A stretch of 64,000 bases of DNA from an uncultured Candidatus Binatia bacterium (GCA_965215605.1 OZ244070.1:960001-1024000), one strand, 5' to 3'. Shown: positions 1 to 9,133, counted from the first letter of the stretch. Notes: generated by a model not told the origin, from the sequence alone. Translations and numbers: made by a program.

Positions 1-410
1 GGAAACGGTTGGCCGTGGAGTTGGGCGAATCCGAAGCGTTCCGGGACTACGCCTCCGAGGAACAGATCTGGACCAACTACGAGTACATCGAGGTCTTCGA
101 TCAGCTCGCCCAGTATGTCTGCAACCGCTATCCCCTGAACAGCAAGAAGCGGAAGCTCGGGCCCAGCGACACCCTCGGCGACGTGGACGTGCCCCGCAAG
201 AAGGGCGCCGCGCCCGTTCGCCTGCACATCGACACGGTGGCCGAGCACCGCGCCATCGTCCACCCCTACCCGTTCGCGGTGGACCCGCTGGCGTTCAGCT
301 TCCCGGCGCGGCTGGTATCCAACCGGCGTTACAGCGATCCGGATGATTTTCTGAGCGAGTTCTACCGGGCCGAGCGGATAACCGTCACCCACACGCTCTC
401 TTCGAGTTGA
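1..410 (+). CDS. DUF3891-like protein, C-terminal part (5' end outside window)
   Basis: Open frame running from the window edge; NY..(I/L)..FDQLAQYVC and PYPF..DPL.FSFPAR motifs resemble the DUF3891 C-terminus. Confidence 0.55.
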   Translation, partial: KRLAVELGESEAFRDYASEEQIWTNYEYIEVFDQLAQYVCNRYPLNSKKRKLGPSDTLGDVDVPRKKGAAPVRLHIDTVAEHRAIVHPYPFAVDPLAFSFPARLVSNRRYSDPDDFLSEFYRAERITVTHTLSSS

Positions 411-415
411 ACGGA

Positions 416-454
416 CCGGCGTACCGGACGGGCCAACCCCGTCCGGTACGCCGG
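416..454. terminator. Perfect 17-bp GC-rich hairpin between convergent genes (likely bidirectional terminator)
   Basis: ccggcgtaccggacggg-ccaac-cccgtccggtacgccgg. Confidence 0.7.
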
Positions 455-461
455 AGACAGA

Positions 462-1622
462 TCAGGAATCCGACAGCAGCCGCACTCCGTAGAGCCTGGA
501 CTCGGGCAGGTCGAGCCTCTCCCATGCCTCGCCCGCATCATGACTGGCGTACACCGACCCATCGGTATAGCCGATGACCACCGTGTCGGGGTCGCCGGGA
601 TGCACCGCCACGCAGCTTGTCATGTGGGCGTGCCCCTGCGGCAGCCCCCCTGCCAGCCGCCGCCACGTTGCGCCGCGGTCGTCGCTGCGCAGGATGGCGG
701 ACTTGGCGCCGCCCAGTTCGTCCGAGGTGTCGCGGCTGAAGCGAATGGTGTTGTACGGCCCCGGGCGGACCGTGCGGTGGCCCTTCCAGGAGGTAGGCCC
801 GTTCTCCGCGGCGCCCAGAAAGATGCGCTCCGGGACGGTGGGATGGATGTCGAAGGGAATGGCGTAGGAACGTCCCATGTCGTATTCCAGCTTGCCCCAG
901 GACACGCCGCCGTCGTCGGTGCGGTAGGTGCCGATGCCGGTGGTGGCGTACAGCGTATCGAGGCCGGCGGGATCCCGCCGCACCCAATGCACGTCGCGGT
1001 AGACGCGGCCGTCCTCGTGGGTGCCCATCTGGTAGGGCAGGCGTCCCGACGGGTCGTTGTATTCCGGATAGGAAGCCTCGCTCGATGGACCGCTGATGTC
1101 CTCCCAGGTCTCGCCGCGATCGCGGCTCCGCACCACGCCCCCTTCCTCGACCCCGACGACGATCTCGTCCGGCACCCGGCCGTCCAGCACGATGCAGCGG
1201 ATGTGCGGCGTATGGGGCGGCGGCGGAAAGGTCCAGCGGGCGTAGTCCTCGAGCTTCCGGAAAGCGGCAAGCTCGCGGAACGACCGCCCGCCGTCCCCGC
1301 TCACGTACACCGCCGCCGGCAGCGTGCCCACGTAGATCTCTTCCGCACGCGTGGGATGGGCCTGCATGGTCCAGATGTCACGATAGTCGAGCCCGCCGGA
1401 CGGAATCCATTTCCAGCTCTTCCCGCCGTCCTCGCTCAAATGCAACTCCGTACCGGTGGCGGCGTACAACCGATTGGGATCCCCGGCGTCCCGCGCCACC
1501 TCGCGCAGCACCTCGCCCTTGAGCACACGATCCAATACATCCACCTGCCTGGAACGGCCGTCCCAATGGCACCGGACCAGGTTGTCGGCCGTCAGCAGAA
1601 ACATCTTGAGACCTGAACTCAT
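462..1622 (-). CDS. BNR/Asp-box repeat beta-propeller protein (WD40/YVTN/BNR-like)
   Basis: Repeated Asp-boxes SEDGGKSW, SGDGGRSF, SRDRGETW, TDDGGVSW, SDDRGATW, SHDAGEAW; ATG at 1622 after GGGGGA. Confidence 0.8.
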   Translation of the reverse strand: MSSGLKMFLLTADNLVRCHWDGRSRQVDVLDRVLKGEVLREVARDAGDPNRLYAATGTELHLSEDGGKSWKWIPSGGLDYRDIWTMQAHPTRAEEIYVGTLPAAVYVSGDGGRSFRELAAFRKLEDYARWTFPPPPHTPHIRCIVLDGRVPDEIVVGVEEGGVVRSRDRGETWEDISGPSSEASYPEYNDPSGRLPYQMGTHEDGRVYRDVHWVRRDPAGLDTLYATTGIGTYRTDDGGVSWGKLEYDMGRSYAIPFDIHPTVPERIFLGAAENGPTSWKGHRTVRPGPYNTIRFSRDTSDELGGAKSAILRSDDRGATWRRLAGGLPQGHAHMTSCVAVHPGDPDTVVIGYTDGSVYASHDAGEAWERLDLPESRLYGVRLLSDS

Positions 1623-1673
1623 ACCGTTCCCCCCATAATTCCTGGAAGCCACCTGCCAGTCAGCGCTACATGG

Positions 1674-1997
1674 TCATGATCGCGCCAACCGTGCATTGAC
1701 CAACCGATTGAGGCTGACACCTTCTTCTGCCGCCTGCAAGGCGAGCTCACGGTGTGTTTCGGGTGTCACTCGCACCACGAATTTTCCACTGTAGGTGCGG
1801 GACGCCAACGGCCCTGGCGATACTTCTCCGTTGGCTCGCATGTCCTCCAGCACATCAGCTACCAACCGTCGGATGCCCGCCAGCGCCTTGTCCGGAGTCG
1901 GCGCGAGCCAACTCAACGATGGAAACTCAACGCATAGGGCGACGTGCTCCCCGTCTTCCGGAGACCACGTGATCCGGTACGTATAGCGATCAACCAT
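1674..1997 (-). CDS. hicB: Type II toxin-antitoxin HicB family antitoxin
   Basis: YTYRITWSPEDGEHVALCVEFPSLSW...YSGKFVVRV..ETHRELALQAAEEGVSLNRLV. Confidence 0.9.
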   Translation of the reverse strand: MVDRYTYRITWSPEDGEHVALCVEFPSLSWLAPTPDKALAGIRRLVADVLEDMRANGEVSPGPLASRTYSGKFVVRVTPETHRELALQAAEEGVSLNRLVNARLARS

Positions 1998-2118
1998 CCT
2001 GAGCCTCCAGCTTCTCAATCGCTTTGATTACCTGACGAACCTGATAGGCCTTGGCCATGCCTTTGTCGTTCTGGATGTTCACCCTGGGGTCTCCAGGCCA
2101 CGGGGTGCGGTACACCCG
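1990..2118 (-). pseudogene. hicA: HicA toxin, C-terminal remnant
   Basis: Hand translation RVYRTPWPGDPRVNIQNDKGMAKAYQVRQVIKAIEKLEAQDG*; stop overlaps the hicB start (ATGGTTGA); N-terminus including the catalytic GSH His is missing. Confidence 0.8.
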
Positions 2119-2175
2119 ATTAAAGGATGCTCCTGGACTGCCACGGTAGGTGGTGGAAGGGTGAGAAGGATGGGA

Positions 2176-2252
2176 TGGTGGTCGCAGCAGGACTCGAACC
2201 TGCGGCCTCTTGCATGTGAGGCAAGCGCTCTAGCCGACTGAGCTATGCGACC
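2176..2252 (-). tRNA. tRNA-Val(CAC)
   Basis: Reverse complement GGTCGCATAGCTCAGTCGGCTAGAGCGCTTGCCT-CAC-ATGCAAGAGGCCGCAGGTTCGAGTCCTGCTGCGACCACCA: full cloverleaf, TTCGA T-loop, encoded CCA. Confidence 0.97.
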
Positions 2253-2324
2253 ACTGTGGGATCTTGGTGTTTACCACCTTGGAAGGCGGGTTTCAACAAT
2301 TTCATGCACGGGCGACCGAACCGG

Positions 2325-2591
2325 CTATTCCCGTTCCTTCTGCCGCTGCTTGATGCGCTGGTTGAGGGACTGCAGGATGCCGGCGTCGACGGCGGCGATG
2401 ACGTCCACCGCGGCGTCGAGATGTTCCTCGGGAATGTCTGCTTTCCTTGCGTCCGCAAGGCGGCGGTCCACTCAGGGATCGCAGTTTCGGGTCATGGCGA
2501 CGGCGAGGCCGAGGAAGATCTTCTCGCGCTCGCTGAGGGAGTCGACGGCGTGGGCGTCGCGATAGAACTGACGGAAGTCTGCCTTCTTCAT
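2325..2591 (-). CDS. AhpD/carboxymuconolactone decarboxylase-like selenoprotein (CxxU), 88 aa; absent from ORF track
   Basis: AGGAGG RBS; MKKADFRQFYRDAHAVDSLSEREKIFLGLAVAMTRNCDP[TGA 2474-2472]VDRRLADARKADIPEEHLDAAVDVIAAVDAGILQSLNQRIKQRQKERE*; the AhpD pattern continues past the TGA. Confidence 0.82.
2445..2460 (-). promoter_or_regulatory. Putative bacterial SECIS hairpin
   Basis: CCTTGC-GGAC-GCAAGG begins 11 nt after the in-frame UGA; apical loop starts with G. Confidence 0.65.
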
Positions 2592-2638
2592 GGATCCCCT
2601 CCTGTTGGCGTTTGGCGTTCCAGGCGACACACGGGCCT

Positions 2639-3046
2639 TCAGCCCTTGGCCATCTCCATGATGACATCGTAGTGGGCGTCGCTCACCGGAACGAAGGAAA
2701 GCCGGCCCAGCCGGAACAGGTCGAAGCCTTCCAGCTTGGGGTTGAGCTTCATCTCGGCCAGCGACACTTCGCGCTTCAACGCCCTGCCGACCTTGATGTC
2801 GAACACCATGAGTCTGGGATCGTCCTTCTCGGGATCGGCATAGGCGCCGGTGGTGGCGGTGCCGAGGCCGACGCAGATCCGCTCACCCCCCGTATGGTAG
2901 ATGATGCAACGGTCGCCTTTCTTCACGGTCTTGAGGTGCTTGAGCGCCAGATTGTTCTTGATGCCGTCCCAGATCGTGGACTTGTCCCGCTGCAGGTCGG
3001 CAAAGGAATAAACGCTGGGTTCGGTCTTGAGCAGCCAGTTTGCCAT
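2639..3046 (-). CDS. EVE domain-containing protein
   Basis: WLLKTEP..YSF.DL, WDGIKNNLA, GD...IYHTG, RLSFVPV motifs. Confidence 0.92.
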   Translation of the reverse strand: MANWLLKTEPSVYSFADLQRDKSTIWDGIKNNLALKHLKTVKKGDRCIIYHTGGERICVGLGTATTGAYADPEKDDPRLMVFDIKVGRALKREVSLAEMKLNPKLEGFDLFRLGRLSFVPVSDAHYDVIMEMAKG

Positions 3047-3159
3047 CGTCAGCCTCCTTGTTGGTCAGCGTCCTGAAATACTGCAAAGCCTCGCAAGTCG
3101 CAACATTCCGTTCCTCCGGAGGGATGAAGCGCACCGCGTCCTTGTGATACAAAGCAGCC

Positions 3160-4050
3160 ATGGCGTCGACGCCGGGAAAGAAGAAACCCAAGGACCGCCC
3201 GCTTCTGGGAGCCCACATGTCCATCGCGGGCGGCGCCCACAATGCGCTGCACGCGGGTGACAGCGTCGGCTGCGAGGCGATCCAGATCTTCACCAAGTCC
3301 TCGCGGCAGTGGGCGTCCAAGCCCCTGACCGAGGACGACGTCCGGACCTTCAAGGACACCCAGAAGGCCAGCGGCATCCACACGGTGGTGGCCCACGACT
3401 CCTACCTGCTGAACCTCGGCGCCCCCGACCGGGAGCTGCGGCAGAAGTCCGTCGCGGCCTTCGTTGACGAGATGGAGCGGTGCGAGGCTCTCGCCATCCC
3501 CTGCCTCATCGCCCACCCGGGCGCCCACACAGGCGCGGGCGAGCGCACCGGCCTGCGCACCATCGCGCGCTCCCTGGACGCCATCCACCGGCGCTGCGCG
3601 GGCTTCAAGGTGCGCGTCGCGCTGGAGATCACCGCCGGGCAGGGCACCAACCTGGGCTACCGCTTCGAGCACATCCGCAACATCATCGACGGCGTGAAGG
3701 AGAGCGATCGGCTCAGAGTGTGCTTCGACACCCAACACGCGTTCGCCGCCGGCTACGACATCCGCACCCGGGACGGCTACGAACGGACCTTCACGGAGTT
3801 CGACGCGACCATCGGGGTCAAGCTCCTGGCCGCCTTCCACCTGAACGACTCGAAAAAGGAGCTCGACTGCCGGGTGGACCGTCACGAGATCCTCGGCAAG
3901 GGACACATCGATCTCGAGCCGTTCCGGATGCTGATGAACGACAAGCGCTTCTTCGGCCTCCCCATGTGCCTGGAAACCCCCAAGGGCAAGGACCTGAAGG
4001 AGGACCGGGAGACCCTCGAACTGCTGCGGTCGTTCCGGGGTGGAACGTAA
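3160..4050 (+). CDS. nfo: Endonuclease IV (AP endonuclease)
   Basis: LGAHMSIAGG, HDSYLLNL, HPG, EITAGQG, CFDTQH, HLNDSK, DRH, LETP. Confidence 0.96.
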   Translation: MASTPGKKKPKDRPLLGAHMSIAGGAHNALHAGDSVGCEAIQIFTKSSRQWASKPLTEDDVRTFKDTQKASGIHTVVAHDSYLLNLGAPDRELRQKSVAAFVDEMERCEALAIPCLIAHPGAHTGAGERTGLRTIARSLDAIHRRCAGFKVRVALEITAGQGTNLGYRFEHIRNIIDGVKESDRLRVCFDTQHAFAAGYDIRTRDGYERTFTEFDATIGVKLLAAFHLNDSKKELDCRVDRHEILGKGHIDLEPFRMLMNDKRFFGLPMCLETPKGKDLKEDRETLELLRSFRGGT

Positions 4051-4220
4051 ACGGCCCGAAGTTGCTGTCGCCCGGATGCACCGCGTGGCCGGGACCACGT
4101 CGGGAAACCCCGCGGGCAAGCATTGATTCAAACGGGAATAGGCGTTAATCTGCGTTGGTTGGTTCCCACACGGACGGCGATTTCCCTGTCACGTCGAACA
4201 TCAGGAAAGCGAGGCCGTTT

Positions 4221-5549
4221 GTGAGCACGCAGAGTCGTACACCTGGAGATGATCGGGCGCGGCAGGGTTTGGGCACGCGTCTGACGCGCCGGACCGTAGT
4301 CCGTGCCGGGCTGGCAGCGATCCTGGCCCCGCCTTGGCTCCACTCCCTGAGCCCGGCCGATGCAGCCGCTGTCCGAGGAATCGGACCTGACGGCGAGATC
4401 GTGCTGGGAGTATCCGCCGCCTTCTCCGGCCCCTCCCGCGGCCTCGGCACGGAACTCTACCGAGGCGCCAAGTCCTACTTCGACCACATCAACGAGAACG
4501 GCGGCATCAATGGCCGGAAGGTCGTCCTGAAGCTCTACGACGACGGCTACCAGCCGGATCCCTGCGTCGAGAACACCGTCAAGCTGATGCTGGAGGACCA
4601 GGTCTTCCTGCTCTTCGGATACGTGGGCACCCCCACCGTCACCCGGGTGCTGCCGATGTTGAAGAAGTTCCAGGCCCAGCGGGTCTACTTGTTCTTCCCC
4701 TTCACCGGCGCCCAGCCCCAGCGGGAGCCGCCCTACGGCGACTTCGCGTTCAACCTGCGGGCCTCCTACCGCCAGGAGACCGCCGGCCTGGTGAACAACT
4801 TCATGCGCATCGGCCGGCAACGCATCGCCATGTTCTACCAGGCCGACGCGTACGGCCGCAGCGGCTGGGCGGGAGTACGGGCGGCCTTGGCCAGGCACGG
4901 CGTCGAGATGGTCGGCGAGGCCACGTACCGCCGAGGGTCGCGGTTCACGGGCAGTTTCCGGGCCCAGGTGGAGATCCTGAGCAAGGCCTCGCCGGATGCG
5001 GTGATCTGCGTCGGCGCCTACGCCGCCTGCGCCGGCTTCGCCCGCGACGCAGTGGACCAGGGCCTGCGAGTCCCCATCGCCAACCTCTCCTTCGTCGGGA
5101 GCGAGAACCTGCTCAACCTGCTGTCGCAGGGGCAGGACGACCCCGATGCCTACGCCCGGTACCTGGTGAACTCGCAGGTGGTGCCCAGCTACGAGGACAC
5201 CTCGATTCCGGCTGTTGGGGAATACCGCGAATTGATGGCGCGCTACGACCCCCAGGTACCCGCGGAGTTGGTGAAGGAGGCGTACACGCCGTTCCCGCAC
5301 AGCTTCGTGAGCCTGGAGGGGTTCCTGGACGCCAAATTGATGGTGGAGATCCTCCGGCGGCTGAAGGGCAAGCCGGACAGGACCGGACTGGAGGAAGCAG
5401 TCTTATCCGTGCGCGACTTCGACCTGGGAATCGGCGAGGCGGTGTCCTTCGGACCGGATCGCAGGCAGGGATTGCAGAAGGTCTACTACACAGTCGTCGA
5501 GGACGGCCGGTTCGTCACCCTGGACGACTGGAAAGCCAAGTTCGGGTAA
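4221..5549 (+). CDS. Periplasmic ligand-binding protein (branched-chain amino acid/PBP1 type) with Tat-like signal
   Basis: TRRTVV twin-arginine; GGINGRKV.L..YDDGYQP, GYVGTPT, FNLRASY; start uncertain (4155-4221). Confidence 0.85.
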   Translation: MSTQSRTPGDDRARQGLGTRLTRRTVVRAGLAAILAPPWLHSLSPADAAAVRGIGPDGEIVLGVSAAFSGPSRGLGTELYRGAKSYFDHINENGGINGRKVVLKLYDDGYQPDPCVENTVKLMLEDQVFLLFGYVGTPTVTRVLPMLKKFQAQRVYLFFPFTGAQPQREPPYGDFAFNLRASYRQETAGLVNNFMRIGRQRIAMFYQADAYGRSGWAGVRAALARHGVEMVGEATYRRGSRFTGSFRAQVEILSKASPDAVICVGAYAACAGFARDAVDQGLRVPIANLSFVGSENLLNLLSQGQDDPDAYARYLVNSQVVPSYEDTSIPAVGEYRELMARYDPQVPAELVKEAYTPFPHSFVSLEGFLDAKLMVEILRRLKGKPDRTGLEEAVLSVRDFDLGIGEAVSFGPDRRQGLQKVYYTVVEDGRFVTLDDWKAKFG

Positions 5550-5551
5550 TC

Positions 5552-6298
5552 ATGAAAATACGAAAGCTGTTCCAGAAGACCCAGTTCGGCATCTTCGCGC
5601 TGTTCGGCCTGATCGTGCTGTCCACTTCGGCGCTGACCATCTACACCGTGCAGACCCAGTTGTCGACCGAGTACGAGAGCAACAGCCGGAACATCGCCAA
5701 GACCATCGCCGACGCCAGCGTCGACATCCTGCTGAACCGCAACTTGGCCACGCTGCAGTCGCTCATCGACCAATTCGTGGAGATCCAGGGCATCCGCTAC
5801 GTCTACATCACCAGCGACACCGGCGAGTATCTGGCCCACACCTTCGTTCCCGGCATCCCCGAAGCGATCCGCAACAGCGACCCGTTCGAGACCGCCACGG
5901 TCAAACGGACACTGCCGGGGATGGGGGAGTTCGTGGAGGTCGGCAGCCCGATCCTGGCGGGTTTCGCCGGCACCGTGCACGTCGGCATGGATCTCGACGT
6001 CATCGGCCTGAAGATCCAGCGGGCCATCGGCCGACAGGTCTACCTCATCTCCATCCTGCTGCTGGTGGGAGTCATGGGTTCCATCTGGTTCGTCAACCTC
6101 GCCGCCAGGCCGTTGGGGGACCTGCTGGCTTTCGCCGTGAAGCTTGCCAGGCAGGAGGAACCGGACGGAGCGCAGAACGAACGTATCCTCGCCAGAGACG
6201 ACGAGGCCGGCGAGCTGGCGCGGCTGCTCCTTCACGTGGCGCAACGCAAGACCGCACCCGACGAGCCGACTCCGCCGGCGGCCGAGGGCGCCGGTTAG
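5552..6298 (+). CDS. Two-TM membrane protein with periplasmic sensor domain and C-terminal HAMP, no output domain
   Basis: TM1, extracytoplasmic domain (GTVHVGM), TM2, then ARPL...RDDEAGELAR HAMP and stop. Confidence 0.75.
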   Translation: MKIRKLFQKTQFGIFALFGLIVLSTSALTIYTVQTQLSTEYESNSRNIAKTIADASVDILLNRNLATLQSLIDQFVEIQGIRYVYITSDTGEYLAHTFVPGIPEAIRNSDPFETATVKRTLPGMGEFVEVGSPILAGFAGTVHVGMDLDVIGLKIQRAIGRQVYLISILLLVGVMGSIWFVNLAARPLGDLLAFAVKLARQEEPDGAQNERILARDDEAGELARLLLHVAQRKTAPDEPTPPAAEGAG

Positions 6299-6334
6299 CG
6301 GTCCGAAACGGACTTGGTCCGGGAGGTTCCCGAG

Positions 6335-7636
6335 GTGGGCGTTCGAAGGATCAGCATCGCGTTCTTCTGCACCATGCTGCAGATATGCTTCGGGACCGTT
6401 TATGCCTGGAGCTTCTTTCAGACCATGCTGGTGCACCAGTCCGGCTGGACCCACACGGAGACGGCCTGGGCCTTCAGCATCGCGATCTTCTCTCTCGGCA
6501 CCTCCGCGGCGTGGGCGGGCTCGGCACTGGGACGGCTGGGACCCCGACGGCTGGCTCTCACCGGCAGCCTGATGTTCTCGGGCGGTTACGTGATCGCCGC
6601 CGCGGCGCTGTGGTTGGAGTACCTGCCGCTCTTCTACGTCGGTTACGGCGTCATCGGCGGGGCGGGCATCGGGCTCGGCTACGTGACCCCGGTGGCGACC
6701 GTGGCCAAGTGGTTCCCCGACAAGAAAGGCCTGGTCACCGGCATCGTCGTCATGGGCTTCGGAGTGGGTGCGCTGCTCCTGAGCAAGGGGCTGGCGCCCT
6801 TTCTGGTGGTGCGCACGGAGGGCGAGCTGTCCCTGGTGTTCCTGTGGCTCGGCATCATCTTCGCCGGCATCCTGATTCCCTGCAGCCTGGCATTGAGCGA
6901 TCCCGGGGCCCCGGTGAAGGCGCCGGGCGCGGGCGCGACTGTCGCTGACGCCGGAGAGCCGGACTCCACCCTGCCCTATCTCTCGTCCAGCCAGTTCGTC
7001 ATCATGTGGACCGTTTTCTTCTTCAACATCGCCGCCGGCATCTCCGTCATCAGCTTTCAGTCGGAGCTGCTGCAGGAAGTCTGGGGCCTGGCCGATCCCA
7101 AGGTGGAACCCGCGGTGCTGGCCGAGTACGGCGCCACGCTGATCGCCGCCAGTTCCGTGTGCAACGGCGTGGGGCGGTTGTTCTGGGGCCTGCTGTCCGA
7201 CCGCATCGGCCGGGTCAAGGTGTTCCGAATTCTCCTGGCCAGCCAGATGGTCGTGTTCGGGGTCCTCATGACCGAGGAGAACCCGTGGGTCTTCTCCGTG
7301 CTGGTGTGCTACGTGCTGCTCTGTTTCGGAGGCGGTTTCGCCACCATGCCTCCCTACATTCTGGACGTATTCGGCCCGGAAAAGATGGCGAAGATGTATG
7401 GCGTGGTGCTCACCGCATGGGCCGCCGCAGGCATCTGCGGCCCGCTCTACGTGGGATACCTGAAGGACTCGTACCCGGACCGGGCCGTCATGTACTGCTT
7501 CCTCATCGGGATCCTGATGCTCGGAGCCGGCTACCTGTTCTCGTACCTGCTGAACGACGGACGGCTCCGGCTGGGCCGTCCGACCCTGGAGACCACGCTT
7601 CACCAGTACGGTATTCCGGCAAGGAGCACAGGATGA
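6335..7636 (+). CDS. OFA family (oxalate/formate antiporter-like) MFS transporter
   Basis: GTVYAWS.F, GLGYVTPVATVAKWFPDKKGLVTG, NGVGRLFWG..SDRIGR, CFGGGFATMP. Confidence 0.9.
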   Translation: MGVRRISIAFFCTMLQICFGTVYAWSFFQTMLVHQSGWTHTETAWAFSIAIFSLGTSAAWAGSALGRLGPRRLALTGSLMFSGGYVIAAAALWLEYLPLFYVGYGVIGGAGIGLGYVTPVATVAKWFPDKKGLVTGIVVMGFGVGALLLSKGLAPFLVVRTEGELSLVFLWLGIIFAGILIPCSLALSDPGAPVKAPGAGATVADAGEPDSTLPYLSSSQFVIMWTVFFFNIAAGISVISFQSELLQEVWGLADPKVEPAVLAEYGATLIAASSVCNGVGRLFWGLLSDRIGRVKVFRILLASQMVVFGVLMTEENPWVFSVLVCYVLLCFGGGFATMPPYILDVFGPEKMAKMYGVVLTAWAAAGICGPLYVGYLKDSYPDRAVMYCFLIGILMLGAGYLFSYLLNDGRLRLGRPTLETTLHQYGIPARSTG

Positions 7637-8262
7637 GGTTCTACGACTGCAGCACCGCGCCGAGCCCCCGCCGGGTGCGCATCTTCATCGCCGAAAAGGG
7701 CCTGGACATCCCCACGGTGCAGGTGGACCTGCGCAAGGGCGAGCATCTCGCCGAAGCCTTCCGCAGCCTCAACCCCTGGTGCACGGTGCCGGTGCTGGAA
7801 CTCGATGACGGCACCGCCATCAGCGAGGCGGTGGCCGTGTGCCGCTACCTGGAGAGCGCCCATCCCGACCCGCCCCTGATGGGTGTGGACGCGCGCGACC
7901 GGGCCGTGGTGGCCATGTGGGAGCACCGCTTCGAGATCGACGGCTTCCTGGCCGTGACCGAAGCCTTCCGCAACCAGGCCCGGGGGCTCGCCGGGAGGGC
8001 GCTGACCGGACCGGGCAACGTCGAGCAGATTCCGGAGCTGGTGACACGGGGGCGCAGACGGGTGGAACGGTTCTTCACCGTCCTCGACGAGCAACTGGCC
8101 CGCCATCCCTTTGTCGCCGGCGAGCGCTACACCATCGCCGACATCACCGCGCAGGTGGCGGTGGACTTCGCGGGCTGGATCAAGATGAGCCTGCCGCCGG
8201 GTCACCGACACGCCGGCGAATGGTATCAGCGGGTCAGCACGCGCCCCAGTGCGGCCGCGTAG
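7633..8262 (+). CDS. Glutathione S-transferase family protein
   Basis: APSPRRVRIFIAEKG, NP..TVPVLELDDG, ISE, YTIADI; ATGA overlap with the MFS gene. Confidence 0.92.
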   Translation: MRFYDCSTAPSPRRVRIFIAEKGLDIPTVQVDLRKGEHLAEAFRSLNPWCTVPVLELDDGTAISEAVAVCRYLESAHPDPPLMGVDARDRAVVAMWEHRFEIDGFLAVTEAFRNQARGLAGRALTGPGNVEQIPELVTRGRRRVERFFTVLDEQLARHPFVAGERYTIADITAQVAVDFAGWIKMSLPPGHRHAGEWYQRVSTRPSAAA

Positions 8263-8446
8263 GGTCGTGGGTGCGTGCCGCGGCATCCCCGAGAGCGGGG
8301 AGGGCGGCGTCCCGGAAATCTGTTGACGGCCGGCGGACGTGATCCGTGACCCCAATCCGCCACCCGTTTCGCGCGAAGCAGAACAGCCCGACCCCGGCAG
8401 AACCGTCGCCTGATTTCCGGGACGCCGCCCTCCCCGCCCGGCTGCC

Positions 8447-9133
8447 TCACGACCCCGGCCAGAGCCCGAAGCTCCTGCCGTCCGGCAGAAACGACTCGAG
8501 GGCCCGGTCCTCGACTCCGGCATCCTTCACGTCTCCGTCGAGGACGCCGAAGAAGAAAATGCGCAGCATCTGCGCGATGAGCGCCCGGAGCGCCGGGTCC
8601 CGGCTGGGATTGTACCAGGTGTAGATCCAGTTCATCATGCCGAACAGAGCCAGCGCCGCCACCCGCGCGTTGAGCTTCTGGATCCCCTCCCGTTGCTGAA
8701 GCTCCTCCACCAGATCCACCAGGACCTTGAGGTAGCGCCGCTTGAGATCCAGGATCCGTTTCGCGTAGTCCGCCGTCAGCGCGGTGTCCTCCCGCGACAT
8801 GACCTTCATCTCGTTCATGTTGTGCAGGAAGAAACCGAGGTGGTTGTGGACGAAAAGCGCGATCTTCTCTTGCGGAGCCCTGTCGGATTCCTGGATCCTG
8901 CGCCCGTTTTCGAGCAGGGTCACGAGGCAGCGCTCCTGTATCAGGCAGAGAAGCTCTTCCTTGGTGCGGAAATAGTAGTAAAGACCGGCGAGGCTCATGC
9001 CCGTGGCGCGGCTGATCTCGCGGATGGAGGTGCCGTCGAATCCCTTCTCCGCGAATATCGTTGCGGCGTGCTCGAGAATCTGCTGCAGCTTTTCGTCGTG
9101 GTGGGTGGTAGACGACCCCGAATCGTTGGGCAT
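8447..9133 (-). CDS. TetR/AcrR family regulator (PaaR-like by context)
   Basis: FAEKGFDGTSIREIS...SLAGLYYYFRTKEELL HTH; GMMNWIYTWYNP; divergent from the paa genes. Confidence 0.9.
   Translation of the reverse strand: MPNDSGSSTTHHDEKLQQILEHAATIFAEKGFDGTSIREISRATGMSLAGLYYYFRTKEELLCLIQERCLVTLLENGRRIQESDRAPQEKIALFVHNHLGFFLHNMNEMKVMSREDTALTADYAKRILDLKRRYLKVLVDLVEELQQREGIQKLNARVAALALFGMMNWIYTWYNPSRDPALRALIAQMLRIFFFGVLDGDVKDAGVEDRALESFLPDGRSFGLWPGS

Noticed and set aside
2243-2672. ORF-track calls 2243-2458, 2245-2565, 2256-2672 and 2302-2667
   Set aside because: No recognisable protein features; the real gene is the UGA-containing 2325-2591 frame
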